64,000 nucleotides of DNA from Malacoraja senta. Its lineage: Eukaryota. Shown here in pieces: positions 23,101-35,100 of this stretch (its first letter is position 1; the number at the start of each line of letters is the position of its first letter). The position numbers and the translations under genes are program-made. A model generated the notes under the pieces. That model had not been told where the DNA came from, made no database searches, and worked only from the letters and a program-made list of their open reading frames with translations. The stretch lies in NCBI GenBank assembly GCA_038087875.1, contig CM075991.1, positions 13,518,001-13,582,000 on the forward strand, in the 5' to 3' direction.

Positions 23101-26100
23101 AATGTTGTTGAACAGTGGGACTTTTGGTTCAGGCCCATGGTTTCCTGAAAGAAGCAATGCAGGCAGGTAGGTGGTGAAGAAGGCTGATGGCTTGCTTGCC
23201 TTGACAGGTTAGGGCATAGAATAACAGTTGGGATGTTATGTTGCAAAATGCTGCTGAGACAGCACTTGGAGTATAGTGTTGCAGTTCAGGTCACCATAGT
23301 GTAGGAAGGATGTGATTGTTCTGGAGAAATTGCACGTGAGATTCACCAGGATAATAGACAATAGGTGCAGGAGAGGCCATTCGGCCCTTTGACATTCAAT
23401 GTGATCATGGCTGTAGCCTGAGTGGCAGACTTTAGTTATGGGGAGAGATTGGATAGGCTAGGATAGGCTGGATTTGTTTTCCCTTGAGTGAAGGAAGCTG
23501 AAAGGTGATCTGATGGAGGTATATACAGTAAAATGGTAAGAACTGTAGATGGGGTATATAGTCAGCTGTTTTATGGCAGGATTATCAAAAACAAGAGCGC
23601 ATATGTTTAAAATGTGAGGATGGAGGCTTAAAAGAGATTTGTGGTGGAGTCAGATACAATTTTTGAGACATTTAGCCTGGCACTTCAATACACAAGGCAT
23701 AGAAAGGTGGGCAAAAGGGATTCATGTAGATGGGCAATAAAGATTGCCATGGTGGTGGGTGGAAGGACTCATTTCTATGCTGGACTACAAGCATTATGAC
23801 TATTTCACCAAACCTGTGCAATAATGAAATCAATGGGAATCGAGGACAAAATTCTCCACTGCTTGGAGAATGTAGAGAATAGGCATGGGCCATTCTACCA
23901 TTCCAGCTTGCTTAACATTCAATATGCTCCCAGTTGATCATCCAAATTTATTAACCTGATCATGTTTTCTTCCCATATCTCTGATTCTTTTTGCCCTAAG
24001 AATAATTCCGCACTCCTTGGTTATGTTTATTGATTTCTCTTCAACTGCTTTCTATGGGAGAGAATCACCAACTACAAAGGAAACTCACCTGTGACTGACG
24101 GTGCTAATGCCTTGCTAGCGGAGGAACTAAACCATTTCTTTGCTCGCTTTGAGGCAAAGAGGCCCCATGTAGTCACGCTGCCCCCACCGACCTCCAGCTC
24201 CCATTCGCTCACTCTCCTGGAACACCAAGTGAGGCGTGCGCTCAAGTTGGTGAACACAAGGAAAGCCGCTGGACCCGATAGTGTACTCGGCAAAGTACTT
24301 AAAGCTTGTGCAGACCAGCTATCAGGGGTCTTTACCAAGATCTTCAATCTTTCCCTGACACAAGCCACCATACCACCTTGTCTGAAGTCGGCTACCATCA
24401 TCCCTGTCCCTAAGAAGCCAGTCATAAACAGTCTCAGTGACTACAGACCAATTGCATTAACATCAGGAGTCATGAAATGCTTTGAAGGATTAATTTCACA
24501 GCACATTAAAACCAGCCTCCCAACAAACCTTGACCCTAATCAGTTTGCTTATAGAGCAAACCGATCGACAGAGGACGCCATCGCCACTGCCCTCCACACT
24601 GCACTGAGCTATCTGGAACACCTGGGGAGCTATGTAAGGACTATATGTATTGACTATAGCTCAGCTTTCAATACAATCATCCCTGACATACTAGTCAACA
24701 AGCTGTCGGACTTAGACTTCCCCCCTCTCACCTGCGCCTGGATAAAGGACTTTCTCACTAACCGCCCACAAACAGTCAAAATGGGGCCCCCACTGCTCCT
24801 CCACCCTCACACTCAGCACTGGTTCTCCACAGGGCTGTGTGCTGAGTCCACTCCTCTATGCTCTGTACACTTATGACTGCACTCTCATCCACTCCACAAA
24901 CTCCAGTATTAAATTCGCGGATGACACCACAGTGGTCGGACTCATATCAGGAGGAGACGAGGCAGCGTACAGAGATGAGGTCCTGAAGCTGTCAGAGTGG
25001 TGTTCTGCGAATAACCTGGCACTCAATATCAGCAAAACAAAGGAAATGGTCATGGACAACAGGGGGCACAGAGCAGACCCTGCCGCGCTCTACATCAACG
25101 GGGACTGTGTCGAGAGGGTTTCCACCTTCAAATTCCTGGGAACGCACATCGCGGAGGACCTCTCCTGGTCTGCCAACACTTCAGCGGTTGTAAAAAAGAC
25201 CCAGCAGCGATTGCACTTCCTGAGAGTGCTAAGGAAGAACAGTCTAGAGGAGAAGCTGCTGGTGGCCTTCTACTGCTCCACCATCGAGAGTGTGCTGGCA
25301 TATTGTATCACGGTGCGGTATGCCGGCTGCTCAGCAGCAGACAGGAGAGCCCTGCAGAGAGTGATCAAAACTGCCCAGAAAATCATCGGCTGCCCTCTGC
25401 CTTCCCTGGAAGACATCTCCAGCTCTCGGTGCCTCTGCAGAGCCAGGAAAATAATCAAAGACCCCTCCCATTCTGGACAATCCCTGTTCAACCTCCTGCC
25501 CTCTGGTAGGCGGTACAGGTGCGTCAAAAGCCAAACAAACAGACAGAACAGTTTCTTTCCCTGGGCCATCAGAACTCTAAATTCCTCAAATATCCACACA
25601 ACATGAGAATGCTGTCATCCATTCCACTATAAATCAGACCACTCAGCTATTATTTCTTTTTTTAAATTCTTTTAACGTACTTATTAAATTTTAAAGTGTA
25701 ATATTCTCCCAGTGCAAAGTTCTACCTAGGTGTGATCATTATAATTTATCTACTATTTTAAGCTACTATTGGATGTGTTTTTGTCTTGTTTGGACATGTT
25801 TTGGTTGCACTGACCAGGAGGAGCTCTCCTAATTTCGTTGTATTTCTAAGTACAATGACAATAAAGGCATTATTATTATTATTATTATTATAGAATGTTT
25901 CAGGTTTTCCATTCCCTGGGGAAAGAAAGTTCTCCTTATCTCATTCTTAAATGGCATCTTCCTTGTGCTTATACTGCAACCCTTGGCTGTGGACTCCCAG
26001 TCATCGGGAATATCCTTCCTGCATCTGATCTGTAATAGAATGGACAATGCTTGTCGGCCAACAGAGAACAGTTACTGGTGCCCTAAGATATAATGGCAAG

Positions 26101-29100
26101 AGTAGTTCATTCACGACTCTCTTGAACTGCTGCATCACTGATCCTCCCTCCATACTGTCAACGATGGGGTTTGCTGAATATAGTCCACTGTACAACTCCA
26201 TTCACAACGTTTCAAATGATGAAGCTGTTCCTGCCCACGTGAGCTAATAGGTGGCAAGTGATGTTTGCGGTACACAAAAGCCACATAATCACAATCTCCA
26301 AGAAAATGAAGCATGACCATGTTACATTGACATCCCAATAGCATTGCATCAGTGCCTGTGACCATGGTGCCAGCAGCATTAACCAAACTAACCCCTTGAT
26401 CGTATAATGAGCCAGAATGAATGGATGATGGAATGCAACTTCTCCCAAATCCCATCAAACATCTCATGCCCAGATGTTGAAGAGTTTGTGCATTCCACAA
26501 TGGCCTCGTGTCAGGATGCACAACCAGGAGTGGAAGCACGTTATCCTACCAGGGGATTTTCTAAGTAAAAGAGTGGCTCCAAAAGGTGATTTCCCATCAC
26601 TACCTCTAACATAATTGTGTTGGAAGATAAATACTAGTCAGGCTCAAATTAATGCTTTGAAAATAACACGGGATTAGTTTGCAAAAATCTGTTGGGCCTG
26701 TTAGAATGAAGTGTTTTCTTCTGAAAATACTGACTCATTTTTTTGATACTAGAGAATGTTGTCTGCATACCTGTACCTCTGTAAGGTGCGTGTACCTCTG
26801 TGAATCTGGCGAGGGAATGTTGGCTGACTGCCCGACTTTGGGTGAATCACAGACTAGTTTGGCCATTTTCAATAATGTAACAAATGCAGTTTCTGTCAGG
26901 TGGCATTGCAGGGTGCTCAAGGTGCATCTTCACAGTGAGACATTGACGTCAATCTTCATGTCCATGGTGCCAATCTGAATAAAATTTGCTAACTTGGCAT
27001 AGATCAGGGATTGAGAAACGTTATGGCAGGTTAGATATGAATCATGAAGTATTGCTCATTGAGTTTTGTTACAATAAACAGTGCTGTGAATTAAATGTGA
27101 AATCCTTTCACAGCTAAACCCATAATCAAGGTCAGTGTTGACACTGGACAACTATCTGCTGCTCAAATAGTCATTATTCTGACAAGGAGGCAAAAGCCTC
27201 TTTGCTGGAAGTTAGCAACAACAATCAATTCTCTCTGCTAAGCTGGCTGCTTGCCAAGAAATACAAATGTATTCTCTGGTCTACTCCAATGTTAGGAAGC
27301 ACGGGTTATTGTTCAGTAGCAAAATGTTACTCAGCGACATAGACTAACTGAATTTTGAGGAGGCAGTAGGAGGAGCAAATGGATTTGTATGTCTGGTGAG
27401 CGAGACACAAAAAGACAGCCAATGTGGAGGTAGTAAAGTCCATAGTACTTCACTAAGAAATAATAAGACAAAATGTCTTTGAACTTAGCTTGGCCATGGA
27501 AGATGTAGATGGGTGTATCTCTCTCTGACTGGCGGTCTGTGATAATTGTAGTACATTTGCAGATGACACAAACATTGGTGGAGTTTGTGTGGAATTCTCC
27601 CTGTAACCACGTTTGTTTCCTAAAGGCGTGCGGATTTGTAAATTGATTGGCCTCTGTAAACCGAATGAAAAGGGAACAAGTGAGAAAGTGGAATTACATG
27701 GAATTAGTGTGAATTTGTCATCGATATTTTTGTTTACTATGGTGTGTTCAGAGTATTATTTTTACATATCGTTTGTGCTGCTGCAAGAATGTCATTGTTC
27801 CGTCTTGGGACATATAACAATAAATCACTCTGGACTCAATGGTTGGTGTGGACTCAGTGGGCTGAAGGACCCGATTCTATGCTGTATCTCTAAACAAAAC
27901 TTAACTAAATTGAACGTATTTTTCTTTTGTTTTTGTGAGAATAGGCTCCTTGTCCTTGCTGCGTGTGAAATGTGTTATTGAGAATGTGTAATATAGTTGC
28001 AACAGTAGAAGAAGAAGAAGAAGTAGAAGAAAGAAAGAAAATGCTACCTTTATTGTCATTCAGACCTTTCGGTCTGAACGAAATTTCGTGCCTGCAGTCA
28101 TACATATAATAAAAAACAAAACACACAATAAACACATATTTAACATCCACCACAGTGAGTTCACTAGGGATCTCCTCACTGTGATGGAAGGCAAAAGTCT
28201 TAAAGTCTGTGTCTTCTTCCCTCCTCTTTCTCCCTCTGCGCTGAGGCGATCCAGGCCTCCGATGTTGTCGTCCACTGGGCCCGCGGCCGAGCCTTCGAAG
28301 CCGGGCCGCCGCCGCCGGAACGCCGGAACACCGCCACAGCTCTGAAGCCGGGTCCGCCGCCGGAACGTCGGAACTCCGCCACAGCTCTGAAGCCGGGCCG
28401 CCGCCGCCGCCGGAACGCCGGAACACCGCCACAGCTCTGAAGCCGAGTCCGCCGCCGGAACGCTGGAACGCTGCCACAGCTCCGAGGCCGCCAGCTCCGC
28501 CATTAGGCCTCAGCACAGACAGCACAACAAGAAAACGTTGTATCCTCCCGAAGGGAGAGACTAAAACCCTGTTTCTCCCACCACCCCACCCCCCCACACA
28601 CACATACACAGCCTAATAAACTAAATTTAACTAAAATAGACAAAAGAAAACAACAACAAAAAAGAAACAAACAGACGGTCTGCAGGCGAGCCGCAGCTGC
28701 CAGGCAGCTCTGGCAACACCAGCGTTTGAAAGGTTGAAATACAAGGACGGATGATGTGTCCTAAATGGCTTTACGTTTGGCAGGCTGAGGGATCTTACAA
28801 TCTTAGATGATTGTTAGATCACATTGCAATAAGATTACAATTTTAGATGCAAGAAGATGTTCTACCAATCGGTGGAAGCCAGTGCCATCTTCTTTGCTGC
28901 TGTGTCCTAGGGTAGCAGGGCGAAGGCCGTGGAAGCCAACAGAATTAACAAATTCATCAGGAAGGCTGGCACCGTCCTGGGGACGTAGTTGGATTCACTG
29001 GAGATGGTCTTGGAGGGGAGGATGCTCCTCAAACTGCACAGCATCTTGGACAATACAGCTCACCCCCTCCATGACACACTGGTCAACCTGAGGAGTACCT

Positions 29101-32100
29101 TCAGCAACAGACTGGTTCCACCAAGATGCAGTACAGAACGCCACAGGAGATCCTTCTTCCCTGTGGCTATCAAACTGTACAACTCCTCCCCCTTCTGTCA
29201 TGGGGTAGACTGAGACTGACTCCACCCCCCCCCCCCACCCCTTCCCCAATCTTTGCACATCCCCTAATCTTTTCCACTCATCACTTTAATTTCATGTTTC
29301 AGATATCTTGTGCTTTTATGACTGTTGGCAGATCAATTCCCCCCCTGGGATAAATAAAGTTCTATCGTGTCATATCGTATCGTATCGATTAAAATGTTAG
29401 AGATTCAATAGATTGATATTTTGATACTCAGATTACTTTTATCATGCAAACTAAGATACGGGTTAACACTGGCGAACGAGGGCCCAGGAGACTGTCCCTG
29501 TCCCTTGATACTTGTTTGTGTCCATGTTTGTTTCAGATCAATTAATAAATTCACAACGAATTACCTATGTTCAGTATGGTGAGCTAAGGGTATTGGATCA
29601 ACATTGATTTATTTTAATTAATTTTATAGCAAAATGATTGTAAAACATACAGAATTCAAGCTTCAAGGATAATTCAAGGATAAAATGGTAACTCCATAAA
29701 TAAAGCTTACGTTAGCTTCTCGCTTTTGTGAAATCAGCCAAGCTAAGACCAGGGTTAGACTCAGTTCCTGAATCCTTACTTCTCGTTTTGCTTTGTACTT
29801 CAGCTTCAGTTCAGTTTCAGTTCAGTTCTGTTTATTGTCACATGTTCCGTGGTACAGTGAAAAGCTTTTGTGACGGGCTGACCAGTCGGCATAAAGACAA
29901 TAAAGCTTGGTTTCTATGAGGAGATTTCCGCTGCTTCCATTATCACGATTGACACAACATTAACTGGTAGAGAGTGACTGTGTGTGAGTGCTTTTTGAAA
30001 ACTTCAGATCTAATACTCCTGTTCTACCATATCACCTCCGCAGTGTGCTCGCTATCTAATCATGTGAAAGTGTACCCTAAGGGAAGTGACAGTAGATAGA
30101 CACAAAATGCTGGAGTAACTCAGTGGGACAGGCAGCATCTCTGGAGAGAAGGAATGAGTGACGTTTCAGGTCGTGACCCTTCTTCAGTAACAGCAACAGT
30201 CGTACAGCTCACATGCACTTGCATTCTCTGGCTATCGTGCTGTCAACAAACAGATGTGTCAATTAGAAATCAAAACTCTCTTAATTTTTATAATGCGAAT
30301 AAAATAAAATTAAAACATGCAACACTGTCCCAGGTATAATAAAATCATTGGAGATGGCAGCGTTTAACTTGTCTCCGCGTTTAATAATAGACCAATGGTT
30401 GATTGCCTTTCAATTGACCATTCAGACTTAACTAGCCTCAAATTTGGGCTTCTCTTTTCCTCTTTTACTTTCCACAGCAGCAGGTGATTAGGCTCTGTGA
30501 TCTCTTTCACTGCAGCACACTATCTGGGCTGAGCTGGGCTGGAGTGAGGTGTTGACTCCTCTGTCAGATGGAGGAAAGGACCCCTTGTACAATATGAGAC
30601 GGACCAGAACAGTTAGATTAGATTAGATTAGATTAGATTTTATTACTTGTCATTTCAACCTCAGAGAGGCTCAAACGAAACTCCGTTTCTACAGCCATAC
30701 AAACAAAACAATTCCTACAAGACACACAAACAATTCAATTTACAGAAAAACATCCATCACAGTGAATCTCTCCTCACTGTGATGGAAGGCAAAGTCTTTT
30801 CTCTCCCCTGCACCATTTCCCTCCCGATGTTGAAGCCCCAGGCGGGCGATGGTGAGTCCCACGGCCATTTAAGGCGCGCCGGGCGATGTACGGCCCCGCT
30901 CCGGGTTGTTCCAACCCCGCGACTGCTAGCGGGCGATCATCCCTCAGTGAATGCGTTGAGCCAAGTTATTTGATCCCTTTTCTCATTGCAGGTGGTGGTC
31001 ACCTGCTGAATGAAACACTTTGGCCCTGAATTCAAGAAGGGTGATAGGTTTTCATCATTATCACTCTCACTTCAATCCTGCAGGCTTTGCTCTATCCTTC
31101 CTTGTCTTCCTCCTTCAATGCCATATTGACCTCGAACTGCTTGTTCTTCTGATGAAAGACCATTGGGCTGAAATGTAAACTCTTTCTCTCACAATTAATA
31201 CCTGCTAGATATTTCACAGCATTACCCAATCACATTTTCAGATTTCAGAATTTACCATATTTTTATTTTCTTCTATAAGTAGGTTCAGTCCTCACGGTTT
31301 CCTTGAAGAACAATCAAAGAATCTCAGCATGTATCCACTGATGAATGGCCATCTAGAATGAGCTGTTAGAAACAAAATCCCCTGATGTAGCTTTGCCACT
31401 CTAATGTGCGTTAGGATGTTCTGCTGGGTTAAATATGATTTGTTGAAGTCTGATTGTAAAAAGATTTTAGGTCTTTGTGTCAATTAAGAGCTTAAAATAT
31501 TTTAGGCAGAAATGCTGAGGTTAGCAGAAGCAATTCAGAATGATGTCATTAAATGTAAGATTAAACTGAGTAAGTTCATTGCCCTCACATATGTCCCTGA
31601 ATAAACACTGAGCTATTTCACAGATAAGGGACGTGGATACATTGACATATGTTTCAAACCTAGAATCACCTTTACTGCTATCTGCTGCATCAGTCCAATC
31701 GACTATGGAGGCCAAGGACTGTCTCACAGAGACGACCAGTTATTCTGTGTGCTCAAATTTTGGCAATGCTGGTTCAAGATTAAAATTAAATGTCTCCTCT
31801 CCATGTCTTTTGGATTAATCAATTAGGAATATAATCAATAAAATGAGTGATTTGTGCACATACACTCACACACACATTTATACACACACATTTTTACACA
31901 CACACACACATTTACACACACACTCAAAGTGGTCTAAGCTGTTTGACTGACACCATGTTCATTCATCTTGGCAGAGAGTGGAGAGTTCCTAGCTCTAGAC
32001 CTGGGTGGCACTAACTTCCGTGTGCTGAGAGTGAAAGTTTCGGATAATGGCAAGCAAAAGGTGGTGATTGAGAATCGGATTTGTTCCATTCCAGAGGAAG

Positions 32101-35100
32101 TCATGCACGGCACGGGCACACAGGTGGGAGCTCTCGATGCGGCTCGTTTAAAGTCCTGGCAAGTTTCCCATCTTCCATAAACTTCAGCTTATTTGAGTGA
32201 TTCCCAGCTTTGCACCAGGTCCTATTAATTCATCACTCTAACATCCTGGGCAACATAAATCTCTGGTGTCCCTACACCGTTGATGTTAAATTGTTAGGCC
32301 TTTATTTAAGCCCCTTTACGATACTGACAATCTCTGGCACCACATCTTTGGCATGTACCTCTGACTCTGAGCCAACCCAACAAAGCCTCTAGGTCTGAAG
32401 GGTCTTGACCCGAAACATCACCCATTCTTCTCCAGAGATGCTGTCTGGCCCACTGAGTTACTCCTGCATTTTGTGTCAACCTAACATAGCCTCTAACTTT
32501 AATCATCAGTTTTATACCCCTCCTACCTCGCTCACCCATTGAGTCTGCATTCTTTCCCAGAACAGTTCTCCTTTGTCAACCACTAAATCACACCCACTCA
32601 TTTGCACTCGTCTGCGAAGCTTTTCGTCATTAACCAAGGTTTGATCACCTCTGAATTTCATCTGTTTTCATCTTCATTTTCATTAGATTATACATATAAG
32701 AAACACCTAAATAAAAGACACTTTAAATTGACAAACTTGGCATATCAATTATTGTTATCAATTAAAAGAGAACAAATGATCTAATTGCTTCAAGACACTT
32801 AATATGAATCTAACATATGTTTATGATGTTCCGATCATCTTCAGAATCCATGCACCACAGCACCATATTGAAAGCATTAATGGGCATTAATGATGCTACA
32901 TAGGAGGATATGGGAAGTTGCTAAGAATCTCGTCTTTGTTCATAGTGTTATCATAACGTCATAGAGAGTCGTAGAGAATAGTTATTCAGCACATAAGCAG
33001 GCCCTTTGGCCCATCTTGCTGACCTAAATCTACATAAGTTGCACCTGCCCACATTTGGCCCATGCCCCTATAATCGTTCCGTCCATGTAGCTGTCCAAAT
33101 GTATTTAAATGGTCTTATAGTACCAAAGCACATGGAAACCCATACACTGCCTGCCCCCTGGTGGCAGCGCTTGCAAATCTCACATTGTCCTCATAACCCT
33201 CTTCCACATCCACTCTCAACACTGAGAGGATATTCAGAAACAGAGAGTGACAGAATTCTGTAGTAAAAATATATCCAATGTCATTTCTCTTCTACACGTT
33301 TTCTGCAACTCTCATTAGCATTGATAACCTACAGTAAGTGACATAAGTAGGGTCTTGAACCAAAACATCCCCATTCCTTCACTCCAGAGATGCTGCCTGG
33401 CCCGCTGAATTACTCCAGCTTTCTGTGTCTATCTTCGACATACAACTATTGTTTTGTGCAGAAAGAGTCACCATAAGGTTCAGCTGTCAATATTTTGCCA
33501 TTGGGAACTCTTAAGTTTGATGGGGATGCTATATGTAAATAGAATATTAGAAGGAAAAGCTGTGCCATTAATTATTGTAAAAATAGACAATAGGTGCAGG
33601 AATAGGCCATTCGGTGCGATCATGGCTGATCATCCCCAATGCCACTCTTCTATGAATAACACATCATTACTAAAAGTGTTTTTTTTTTAAGTTGAGAAGG
33701 GCAGGAAAAGGTTGATGATTTGAATTGTAAGACAAAACTGACTTTGAAAGGGGGTGCCATAGAAAGTGAGTTAATTTAAGAAAACTAGATTCACTTTCCT
33801 AGTTTGGAAGGTGATCAATAAGGGGAATCTTAGAAATTGAATTAGGAGTAGGGAATTTGGTGTCCTGACAGTAAAGGCTGAAGGACTCAACAACAATTTG
33901 TTCTCCATCTCAAATCTCTTGAATCGCTTAGTGCTGAAGAATAAACTCAATTACTGAATATCCACATGATTCTGCGATGGAAAATTCCAAAGATTCACAA
34001 CACCATGAGTGGTCAATTCCCAATCCTATACATCTAATCCCAATCCCAATATAACGGTCCCTGGGTCCTCATTCTCCAATCAGAGGAAGCCACCTCTCCT
34101 CGCATCCTTTCAGGCCCTGGAATAACTTTTAACCTATTATTCTATCTATTTTTTGTACTTCAAACTCCAAAAAGTATATTATATTTTAAATCTGATGCCT
34201 GCTGTCTCTGCACCTAAAAATTGCAGGATCGATTTTATGTAATAACTGCTGCAGATCACTTTTATCTGCTACATCGATTACTTCTGCACCTGTTATTCTG
34301 GCTCCTCTCTCCCCTAACTCCATCCACCAATCTACCCAGTGCCAGTGCCTGCCCCCTCTATTAATATTTTATTTCTCCTCCACTCAGAGGAACGGCTCAA
34401 CCCAAAACATTGATCCTTTTTTCTTTCCTTCTCCCCACCCCCTATCAGTCTGAAGAAGGGTTTCGGCCCGAAACGTTGCCTATTTCCTTCGCTCCATAGA
34501 TGCTGCTGCACCCGCTGAGTTTCTCCAGCATTTTTGTGTACCTCCAAAACATTGATCGTTCATTTTCCTCCTCAGACACTGCCTGACCTGTTGATTTCCT
34601 CCAGAATATTATCTTTTGCTCTAGTTTCCAGCATTTACATCTTGTCTATCTCAATTTATTAGAATGTGGTTTTGCCTCTTTGCCTCAAAGAAAATGCCGG
34701 ATCTGGCTACTAATTATGTTCACACTTGGGCATCAAATTTTATAGGTCAGCATGGTGAAATACTGAGAACTTCACAACAAGATTAATATATTCTTTTATG
34801 AGAAATATGTATTTTATTCTGGACTAACAGCGACAAGATGTGAATCATATGATGATGTCATTACACCTGCTGTCACGTCAACTATTTACACGGATATGGT
34901 TACTCCACAGCTGTTTGTCATCTACATCAATGATTTGGATGAGAACACACAGGGCAAGATTAGCAAGTTTGTTGATGATACAAAAGTGAGTGGTTTTGCA
35001 GATAGTGAAGATGGTTGTGAAAGATTGCAGCAGGATCTGGATCGATTGGCCAGGTGGGCGGAGGAATGGTTGATGGAATTTAATACAGAGAAGTGTGAGG

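Noticed and set aside
24091..25606. Active or domesticated reverse transcriptase gene
   Set aside because: It is 5'-truncated with no endonuclease, frameshifted near 24790, and has a LINE tail.
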